From assembly GCA_950097015.1 (NCBI GenBank), contig CATNEN010000034.1, positions 6,758,001 through 6,822,000 of the forward strand: a DNA stretch of 64,000 bases, given 5' to 3'. This document shows positions 26,101-36,503 of this stretch, piece after piece. Both the position numbers and the translations under genes were made by a program. The stretch's first letter is position 1; each line of letters starts with the position of its first letter. The notes beneath the pieces are model-generated. The model searched no databases, was not told the origin of the DNA, and saw only the letters and a program-made list of their open reading frames with translations. The DNA is from Macrostomum hystrix (Eukaryota > Animalia > Platyhelminthes).

Positions 26101-28050
26101 TAGTTGTTTTGCATAGAAATGAGCGGGAAATTTGAGCCCGTGAACTGCATTTTCAAGGCGATTGGTGGAATATTTTAAAAGATATTGAAAAAAGAAACGT
26201 GAGGGGATTTGAACTACCCCCCGAGGTCTCTCTTCTGTTAATAATGTCTTAAAATCAAACTCACCTGTCGGAACTCCTCGCCGAGCAGTTTGTCCAGCAC
26301 GAAGGACAGCGGATAGCTCAGGGGCGAGGTGAGGGCCATGAAGAACATAGTGATGGGCATTGTGCTGGCGCCCACAGCCAAGCCGTGGCGAGAGCAGAGC
26401 GCCTGAGGCAGGATTTCACCGAAAATCACAATGCCCAGGGTGGCCGAGATCACAGCGTAGAGGCCATCGCCAATTAGAGAGTCCAGCAGCAGAGACAGGG
26501 TGGTGTTTACCATCACGTTGCCTAACAACAGGCTGCATAGAAGCCAATTGCCACGCTTGCGCACCGGGATGATCCGCTTAGCGTAGGATCTCTCGGCGGC
26601 TGAACCGGCCCGACAGATGATCTTCAGCTCAGCGATGTCTAGCGCCATGAGGCCCAGGTTCAGACCGGAAAATAGGCCTGCGAGCGGCGAGAGTCGGGAC
26701 TGGGTCAATGCGAGTCGGGACTGGGTCAATGCGGGTCGGGATTGGGTCAATGCGGGTCGGGACTGGGTCATTGAGAGTTGGGATTGGGTCAATGCTAGTC
26801 GGGACTGGGTCAATGCTAGTCGGGACTGGGTCAATGCGGGTCGGGACTGGGTCATTGAGAGTTGGGATTGGGTCAATACGAGTCGGGACTGGGTCAATGC
26901 GAGTCGGGACTGGGTCATTTAGAGTCGGGACTTGGTCAATGCGGGTCAGGACTGGGTCAATGCGGGTTGGGATTGAGTCAATGAGAGTCAAGGTTGAGTC
27001 AAAACTGCCAAGGGTTGAACCAGTGTACGTGGCATTAGGTTCTAAGTCTGTTTTTGTATTAAATGCAGTGTGTGACTCAAATATTGGGTCAAAATGAGTC
27101 GCTAAAATGAGTCGCTAAAATAGGTCAAAAGCTTAGTCATAATTACCCTGGTACGGGTCAGGAGTCACCATTAGCCACACTTGAATAAAGTTTTGCTATT
27201 TTTTAATCATGAGTCATAAGTCAGATGCGCATGCGTAGTGAATCAAAGTTGTGAGACACCTACAGAACTGTATGAACGAATAACAATTCACATAGACTAG
27301 CGATATATCCCTATAAGTGAGGGCTCAGTGCATACCGAAATCTAAACTGTATTTTCTTTACATTACTGCTTGAGAAAATGTACGAAACATAGCTTTTAAA
27401 CTAATAGAATGACCTGGAGAACAGCGAATTTAAATCCCCAAAGCTAAAAAAGGAGCAAAATAGATGAAGTCCTCACCGGACAGTGTGAACAGGCTGATGA
27501 TGAACAGTATGGTGACCCACAGGGGGATCAAGGGCCGCGTGATGTACACTCGCAGCCAGTCTCCATAGTACACCCAGGCCACCGATTCGTCGCTTCTCTT
27601 GACCTTGCCGCACAGGTACAGATGCGAGGTGACGGTGACGGCGGTGGGGACTGACACGGTGCTAACCGCCCGATTGCCGTCAATAGCGGTCACGGGAAAC
27701 AGCTCGGCTAGCTTGCTGTCCTGACAGTCGGCCAGGGTGCCATTGAGCTTGCGCTCGGTGAAGCCCAGATGAGACAGGTTGAACAGGTCGCGGCCGAATA
27801 GTTGAAACTCGTACAGCTTGCCAACCAGGATCTCCTGGTAGTGGCCGCGTGTTCTGTCAGCCTCCTGCCAGCCGGGCTTATCGTTGGCGGCCAGCGGCCG
27901 GACAGTCAGGCCGAACACAATCGGCTGGGCCAGCGAGGAGCCGTCATCTGAGCTAGAAGCTGAAGATGCTATTGTTGTTGCTACTAGGAGCAGCAGTAAT
28001 GGCTGCAACAGATATCTGTTTCTAGCACCTAAACTTACGTCAGCACTCAT
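17148..28050 (-). CDS. CNNM: CNNM/cyclin M metal (Mg2+) transporter: signal peptide, DUF21, CBS pair, CNBH domain; 7 coding exons
   Basis: Exons 28050-27477, 26677-26265, 25519-24979, 23608-23474, 22542-22452, 21508-21351, 17656-17148 are all GT-AG with consistent phases (1,0,1,1,2,1). Motifs: [67 protein letters not shown]. Confidence 0.95.
17824..18565. repeat. About 23-bp minisatellite atggtgtcctcagttatcatctc
   Basis: Read directly; lies in the last CNNM intron. Confidence 0.93.
19035..19925. repeat. Compound GACA-rich micro/minisatellite
   Basis: cagacagacacccagaac(g/a) mosaic with essentially no T on the + strand. Confidence 0.93.
20545..21255. repeat. About 35-bp minisatellite, constant gggattcaactgaggtca plus two alternative linkers
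   Basis: Linkers caatatatgggatttta and ccatgttctatttta interleave. Confidence 0.93.
21535..22440. repeat. 28-30-bp minisatellite filling CNNM intron 21509-22451
   Basis: cagtcttcccagtgtgtcagagatctaa units start 11 nt from the donor. Confidence 0.95.
22900..23350. repeat. About 30-bp minisatellite cccatcataacagatcgataactgcaggat
   Basis: Two unit variants in a gradient. Confidence 0.9.
23700..24930. repeat. Purine-rich 14-bp satellite ggaagtggagaa(ca/tg) filling CNNM intron 23609-24978
   Basis: Read directly; the source of several spurious 300-400 aa ORFs. Confidence 0.95.
26692..26990. repeat. 21-bp minisatellite gcgggtcgggactgggtcaat next to a CNNM acceptor
   Basis: About 14 copies ending about 13 nt from the AG. 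Confidence 0.93.
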
Positions 28051-30790
28051 TAACTGGAAGTTGCAGAGAGAATATAATTTTTAGGTTAGAAATTTTTGCA
28101 ACTAACAATAAAATTCTAAATGATATATCTAACTATGCAAAGTCTATGCAAACAAATTATGTTCAATTCTGTTCAGTCCATGGACTGATGGTTACTAAAA
28201 ACACTAAATTTCAGCCTTTTGCTTAAAAAATGTCTAATTTTGTCTTTTTGATAAAGAATGTATCTTTCACCCCGCTTTTCTGCTCAGCTAATTCTAACAC
28301 TGTATATTTTACAACTAGATAGACTAAAAACTGGAGAATTTTGCAATACCTTGCTAACAAAGGACAAAAAATCTCTCCATTGCTAAAAATTAAACTGCCA
28401 GAAATATTAGTTAGGCGAAAAAGCTCTAACCACTGGGCTACAGCCCACAGTCTAATCTTCAACTCAACCCATTATATAAATATTTGTCCATTGAAATCTT
28501 AAAATGTGATAGATAGAATATAACTTTATTAATCTATAAATTAACACATTCATTTAGTTTTATCTGTTAGGCACTGATGTTGCATCTAGACAATTACATT
28601 TTGTTTATAAGATTTTCAAAGGTTTGTTTGTTTATTTATTCCTTTTAGTTGTTTGTTTAGCTATTAGATCCAAAGGTCTGCCAAAAGTTTTATAGACTAT
28701 TTAGTCTTAGGTTATTGACATAATTATCTATATTGATGTAGCATATGTAACACTATATAGAAAAGAAGTGAATAGACTTAGATGGCTAGAAGATTACTTG
28801 TAGGAACATATGTACAGTATTCTAGAAATTTCTATATAAACCAATAATTTAAATTCCCATGCAAATCTTCCATAATGACTTTTCTAGAATATTCCAAATT
28901 ATGGAAAATTCAGAATAAACTAGTGTAAATATAGTATGCCCACCACGCTAAATTTGCAAGCATTTCTTCAATCTTGACAACTTAATCTCAAGTGACAAAA
29001 AATATATGATCCACTGTCTTGATTATTTAATACTGTTACAGACTTATTCTATATATACTACAATATATCATTTTGAAATAACTGGACATAAAGCAATAGG
29101 AAAGGTTCCTTTATGAATAGAATACTTCTTTATCTTTGGACTTTAAGATATATAAAGAATAACCAATCAAAAAACTATTGGCTAAAATTTAGTTAGCCAA
29201 CTAAACCAAAACAATATTATCAGGGATAGAGGTTGTAGCCAAACTCAACACTAGGGCCTAAGGCTTTGCTTTTCTGCTGCAAATGCTTGAATATGAAATG
29301 GTGATAAAAATTTAGTCCCTTAAACCAAATTTTATGTCTAGTGTCACTAAATGATGTGCCACTGCCTGCAGCCTTCTTGGAATTATTATTATTATTCTTA
29401 TTAAGTTAGCACAAAGTATGACACATGTAATGTTATGCTAGAAAATAATTTCAGTTTAGCAAAAAACCCCAACTATATGTTTTTCATGCATATGTTTGAT
29501 TTGCATTTTTTCAAATTGCTTAGGCCCCTATCAAAACATTTTTCGAAAAAGTTTTATTTCAAATTGATGCAACAACTAGGAATTTCAATTTTTAAGGTTC
29601 CTTTTTGCACTTAATGAACAGGGGCAGCTTCTGGGGTTTTGGGGAACTTGTCAGTGGCAAATGTTCAGTGTGCATGAGATAAAAGCAAAATGACAGACAT
29701 GCTTAGGAGTGTCTATGGCCAAAATGGATGAGCTAGTTAGTGCATAGATTCTATATTACCTATACTACCCTATAGATTGTATAGTAATATAGAATATGTG
29801 GGTTAGGCTAGTGGGAGGGGAATTATTAGCACATCTTCTACATTCTCCAAATACACTCTACTAATATCTACCATTAACTAACGTACTTAGGCTACTAAAA
29901 GTATAGGCCTATTAACACAATGCCAGGAGGCCACATAGCATAGCAGCACTGTCATTTATTGTGGATCCAAACTCCCTTATTGGATCCCTGCTGAATTTTG
30001 ACACATGATCCTGTAGACAACATTTGATGCTTATCATAGGACTATCATTGCTTTCAATTGTTTCAAAATAATTTCCTAATGTTTTTGTTTTGATTAAAAA
30101 GGAAGATTTTCAGAAAATTTATTCATTTTAATGAACGATTCCAAAAGAATGCTATTCCATTTCATTCATAAAATTATTTTTTTGAATTGTTTTTCTAACT
30201 GGACACTTTTAAGTTTCAGTACTACATCAGATTATGTTCCATACATTCGAATTTTTAAGTAAAGTATTATAATTATTTTAATATATTGTTATTCCATATA
30301 TATATATACGTGTATTGTATTGCTATTGACTATTGTTATTATTTATTTTCATTATTTCTCTTTTGTGCTTAGTAATTTTATATCTTACGTTTTCTTAAAA
30401 CCTGACTTGCTCAAACAGAAGTACCAGATGTCCTTGTGTATTGCCAGAAAAAGCAAACTTTTTTACAATAGGGCCTAAGCAGACGTCTCTTTCTCTATAT
30501 TTCTACTATGCATGTAGTAATCTGCAGTAGATCGATTTTTTGCTAAGAGTTTCAAGTGAGACTTACGTATTCTTAGAATTGTCAACAAAAACGATATTCA
30601 AACTGCCTGCTTGTGAGTACAACTACGTTAACAAAGGATCCATCAATCATTCGGAACAGTAAGCAACGATTCTAATAAAAAACTAATAAATGGTTTTTTC
30701 AAATTTAAAATAAGGAGTTTAACTAGCTTATAATTAATACATTACTTATCCTCTACGAAAACGAAATAACTTCAATCTCTCATTGTGCGT

Positions 30791-32955
30791 GCATTTCGGT
30801 CCCCATCCGCTTTAATACTGATGATAAAACAATACTTAAATACAAAACCATTCAAGAAGCGATTACTATCGACATACGTTTTTATTGTTGAAACTTTCGA
30901 ACAAATTTCGAGTGACACAAAGCGATGCAACGGAAAATCCAAATGCAATGGAAAGGGTAAATAAAAAGGTAAAATATATATACAGGTGCAAAGGTGCACT
31001 TGACTGGCACACCAGTCAAGCTAAAAATGTCCCAAGCTAAAAGTTTCAACTGTTTTCAAGTTAGAAGACCAAGATGATCCTCACAAGTTTAGTAGCCCAC
31101 AAAGCGGCTGCATGTGGCAAGAAGCTGCAGAGTCGCGGTCATCAGGCCATCAAAGAATTGACCCCAGGCATTGTGAATATTTGCCTGCATGGTCCGATAG
31201 GCGACACGCTGTCTGCGGCGCAGAGCCCCTCGAGAGACAAGCTGAGCATTCAATGGAATTGCTGCAGCCTCATCAAAGAGCAGGCGCAGCAGCACATAGA
31301 ATTGCAGCTTGTTGCGTCCAGCCTTGCCATTCAAGCGCTTGTGGTAGCCTTCAACATCGTTGTTGGTTCGGATGCTGCGGCCAAACGCACTGATGTCTTC
31401 TGGAGTCCACAGACTGTCAGCCGACACCCAGGTGCCACGAATGTACATGCACAGCTGGACCAGTCGAGCGTCATGTTGAACAGCCTATGAATTGCATGTT
31501 CTTTAAATTTTTATACATGTATACATGTAATTGTACAGCAATTGCACTTGCGCAGCTGATATGACTTACATTGCTAGCCTCCAGGTCATGGAAGACAGGC
31601 ACAATTTCGTCTGCCGGCAGGAAGTGCAGCGCCATTAGTCGACGGCACACGTTGCGCGTTTATTCGTCTAGGTTGTACTCGTATGATGTCTGCAGGCCCA
31701 ACGCCTGGATCTTCCTGAACACAGCCTGTGTCCAGTGGATGGAGGGCTGTGCATCTGGCAGAAGGCCTCGAAGGGCTCGAAGGACACCTTTGTAGTCATT
31801 AGACTTCTTTCCAGACATGAGGACAAATGCCAGTGGCACCTGTGATGTTAGTACATTAATATTTCGAATAAGAATATTATATTAACAATTGTACATTACT
31901 CGACAAACGGCAACTAAAGCCTCACTGATCTGCTTGAACCTGATTGTCACCTGATTCGCTATCCAGAAATGCATGGATGCCCCAAAGCTGCGTGAATGGT
32001 TGCTTTACCAGGGCGAATGTGCCATCCAGAAACCATGTTTTTGCTCTTTCTAACAGCTGGAGCTGACAGTCAGTAGCCAGCAAAAGGTGGCGCCTCCCAT
32101 GCGTTTTAACGTCTGCTCTATACGTGTATGGAACGGTAAGGGAACGGTAAGTGTACATGTACAGTATATATGTACATTAAAGGTACATATATGAACAGTA
32201 AATGCACACTGTAGAACAAACGAACCTTAGGAAGTTCAGTGGCATCCCATTCTCTGTGAAGTCCACTTCAAAATCAAGCGACTGTGGCTCTTTTGGCCTT
32301 ACACGTTGTCTGGCGCGATTTGCTGCCTGAGCAACCCGTTCGGGCTTTGGCAAGTTAGCCGTTGCACATTGCTGGTGCGCCTTCCGCACGCATTCTTCCG
32401 CAATTTATGCTGCAGGTGTGATGTTGGCAAGGGCCTGCTCCTTGGCTGTGCGAACAAGTGATCGTGTTGTGGCTGCATTGGCTACTGGAAGGTGACAGTG
32501 CGTGCTCCTTCCTTTCCGGAAAGCGCCATTGGGCAACTGAATGAGGGTTGCTGTACACGGTTGCTTTGCACTCCTTTTACTGCACCGGTAGTGCCTGTTG
32601 CCGCCCTTGTTGAGATGGAAACCATAGCTGTAGCCACTAGAATTATAACACTGTTGTCACTGTTGTCATTTGTCGATTTGTCGACTTTGCGTTGTGTACA
32701 TTCAAAAGGCAATGGAGCAAATTACATTTTAGCAGTGTTTCTCGGAAACGTAAGCTTTCAAACGGTAGAAAAAAACAAAGGATAATAAACGCGCAAAGAC
32801 AGGCATATTAGCCACAATTTGTATTTAAGTATTGTTTTATCATCAGTATTAAAGCGCTTTACTGACTGACAATGCAAAATTGGATGGGGACCGAAAAGCA
32901 AGACCGGGCACCGAAACGCTCGGCACCGAAAAGCACAGGCACCGAAATGCGCGGA
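30791..32955 (-). mobile_element. Defective Mutator-like (MULE) transposon with FLYWCH-like finger and 3 introns
   Basis: Translation gives GYSY..YRCSKR..C..H.H, LPKPERVAQAANRAR, WFLDGTFALVK, VPLAFVLMSGK, HWTQAVFRKIQ, RTNNDVEGYH. There are two in-frame TAA codons. A 39-bp perfect inverted repeat 30808-30846 / 32818-32856 and ccgaaa subterminal motifs flank it. Confidence 0.85.
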
Positions 32956-33517
32956 AACCTTAAAAATGTACAATCCGCTTAGGCAGTAAACCACTTACTT
33001 TCTGTACAATTAGATCAGCCTCAGCTTGCTTGGCCTATTTCTTCTTGCAGCAGCGCTTGTATCACCAATTTTCGTATTAAAATATCGAGTCAAATTGAAA
33101 ATGCATTAATATAAATAATTTTCTTGAAATTTATTATTATTGTTCATTTATCTCTTAGCTTGACAGGAACAGCTGTCAAAAGAAGGTAGGCCTACTGGTA
33201 GTTAAGCTACTAAAAATCAATAATTTAATTTCCATATAAAAATTACTCTGATAGGCCTAGGGGCCTAAGATTAGCAATAGCTCCTGATTGTAAATCTGAC
33301 AGTAACTAACAATCTAAATTCTGAAATCCTGACAGGACAGTAAGTCTGCTGAATGAAGCCATGAGTAGTGCAACTGGGTGTGACATTATTAAAGTTGCTA
33401 TGCTCAAAAGAATAAATTCAGAAAAAAGCCTAATACTAGCTACAAATTTCATTCTTTATTTCTTGTAATGGTGCTTTTCTTACCTGGCTATTTGCAATTT
33501 AGTAGGCCTAAGGAAGT

Positions 33518-34592
33518 GCTTATTCCCATGGTCCCGTGCCAATAATTTCAATTTTATCCACATGGATTCGTGCAGATCATTTTCTGCTTATCCACACAGC
33601 AGCTTGTATGAAGAGGTCTACTTTTAAGTCCCTACCTTATTCTTCTGAGTCTAAGCATAGATTAGTGTAGTGTATAGTAGTGTATAGTGTATAGTGTATA
33701 GTGTACACTATCAATGCATAGTGTAAAAGAATAACAATAATGTATAATATGTGTGACGACTTTGGTGCTGACTAGAATTCTTCTGGTTGACTTGTATGAT
33801 TTTCTTTGATTGACTTGTTACTTTCTAAGTCAATATAATTTGAATGAAAACACGTAACTATGACAAAAGATTTAGTTGGCCAAGGCCTAAGTTGTTATTA
33901 CAATAATTAAAAAGGATGACATTAATGTTGATTAATGAATGTGTAGGTCGAAATGTAGAACACCGTAGTAACACACTGGAAACTTTGTCAATCTATTGGC
34001 TTGAAGGTTCAACAAAACGTTCAAACCCGAAAGGGCCTCGTTTCAAAGAACAGAACCGCGTGGATAAAATTGAAATTAACGGCACAGCATATATAAAGAC
34101 TTGTAGACCTATTCATACAAGCTTCTGTGTGGCACCTCTGTTTTCCAAAAACATCCCGAATATAACATATGCAAAAGTTTGGCATATTTATCTTGCAATA
34201 ACATATTACCGTGTTACAGTTACATTATAATTTATTATAAATTATTAATTGTCATTTTATATTATTGAATATTTTCAGCGGCTTGAAATATAAGTCCAAA
34301 TACTATAGAAATGCAAAACTATAACAATTAGACATACATCACAGGACCTGCAAAGTAACACTGACATGTAGTAACAATAAGCTAGTTACAATTTTTACAT
34401 TTGCTTTCACGATTTACTTTCATAGAAGCTTGAATTCTGTAACACGGTAACATATTATCACAGGATAAATATGCGAAACTTTTGCATGTTATATTTGGGA
34501 TGTTTTTGGAAAGCAGCCCTCCGTGTGGATAAGCAGAAAATTATTGGCACGGATCCGTGTGGATAAAATTGAAATTATTGGCACAGGACCAT
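33518..34592. mobile_element. Foldback/MITE-like element with nested inverted repeats
   Basis: 33518-33597 is inverted relative to 34523-34592, and 34138-34219 is inverted relative to 34437-34516 (each roughly 85-90% identical by eye). No TSD found. Confidence 0.6.
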
Positions 34593-35849
34593 GGGAATAA
34601 GCTCTGCCATTTAGTAAAGTACTTTAGGGTAGTGTCATTGGCCTAACTTCTTTGTAATGTCTTTATCCCAATGATGCCACCAAAGTTTTTGCATGGTTAA
34701 TTACTATTCTAACTTCATCTTCACAATGCCACCAAAGTTGTTAGTCCTTTTTTAATATCCTACAATAGTTCTGGTAAAGTTGCTTGCTTGGCAAGTAAGA
34801 TAAAGATGAAAGCAAAAAAACAAACTTTAAATTAGTTGTACTACGCATTTCGCACTCCTAGGTGCATCTTCAGGTGCATAGCATCTAAAATTTATAACAA
34901 AATACTAATTTTACTGTATACTTTCTAAGAAATGTGTTAGTGTTTCTTGTATGACTTGTATGTGTTTCTTGTTAAGTGTTAAATGTGTTTCTTAGAAATG
35001 TGTGTAGTAGGGATGCTTTTATTATTTCTTTAAAGTCAAATTCGTGCCTATGCTTTTTGTTTGAATGCGCAAAATATTTTTTATATGTAATATATTTTAA
35101 ATATTTTGTCAAATTCGTTTACTTTAACAAACATTTTCTTATGTGTATATAAACGAGTGTAATTCAGTTGAGACAAATCAACGTGCCAGTGTGGCGAAAA
35201 GCAAATAAGCTATTACTGAAGAAGAAAAGTGTTGAGTTGGTTATTTGAGGCTGTGACCCTCTGATCCACAGAAAACGCCCAGCAAAGACTGGAGAATAGT
35301 AAGCCAGTGCCTTAGAAGGTTAAACCGCTCGTGCCGAGTGATACGCTACCATTAGAGAGAAAAGTAGAGAGACAAGCCCTGTTACATGTGTTTGGAAACA
35401 ATCTATTACAGTAGGCTGACTTTTAGTTGTGTAAAATAGCTTTTTGCCCAATAACTCAGATGGCTGAGTTATTTTATTTGTAAAAGTGTTATAGCTTTAA
35501 GTATAAACAATAGAATGTGCATACAGTTCAAATGAATTTGTTCACTCTAGCAGATGTTTTTCTTGTAAAGGCAGTTTTGTTGGTGACTAATCTTTTGGTT
35601 AACTGTCTTGTTGCCAATTATATTTTTGTCAACTGATTTTTTTCAACTTTGATGTCTTTGAGTTTGAGTTAGATTTTTTTCATTTAGACACTTGTTGTAC
35701 AAAATGCAAATTTATGATTTTATTGATAGGTTGTATGTATTTGATGTATAGAACATATTGCCAAAGTAAACTATATTTTGTGTTTAAAATAAGATGCACA
35801 GTTACCCATCTCCACTTGATAGTGACTCCAGCTTCATGGAGGCCGGTCG

Positions 35850-36125
35850 GGTTCCTGGTATGCCCCCTCAGTTCCTGAAAGCTGCTTTTGTTGTCAGTGA
35901 TCACCCAGACTCTCCTCCCTGCGGTACTCCAGGAGGTCCAGGACTCCTTCAATGACTCTTGAGCTCAGCTTGGAGTGAGGATTTTTTCCACCAGTACCTC
36001 GCCCTTGTAGCATGGGTCTCCTGGCTCACGCCTCACGAGAATGCTGAAGCAGGTTGTTTTCCCATCCCTAGTCGCTGCCTGCAAGCCTGCGCATGAGGTT
36101 TAACCGGCTTTGACATGCATCGATG
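35850..36125 (-). mobile_element. Degenerate non-LTR retrotransposon remnant (RT C-terminal region + RNase H)
   Basis: Across frameshifts the minus strand gives CQSRLNLMRRLAGSD*G and SSLQAELK..IEGVLDLL..RVWVITDNKSSFQEL. These match the post-RT RLNLLR.L.G..WG and RNase H AEL.AI..AL / I.TDS motifs as recalled. Confidence 0.6.
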
Positions 36126-36503
36126 ACATTATATTAAGTGAAACAGTGCAACATGTAAAATAAAGAGTCGTTGCAAAAATTAAAGATGTACAAGCGTATG
36201 ATGAATTTTCCATCTTGCATCAATCCCTCTGCTCTATGGATTTTTTATAGTACACTAGCTAAGCTCGTGTACATTGGAACATCCCTGGTATGTGCAATGG
36301 TGGCAGGCGTAATCAATAATCGATGGCGTAATTGGGTATTGCACAACTTTCTAGTCATAGACTAGCCTAGGTGATCGTGACACAAGTAGCTAAGGCAAAA
36401 ATTAACATTATATTACTAAACATAGTGGTATTAAAAAGTGAAAGAGAACATTTTACAAAGGACAGTTTTAAACTCCTATGCTTCAGGACCCATCAGCTTG
36501 GCT

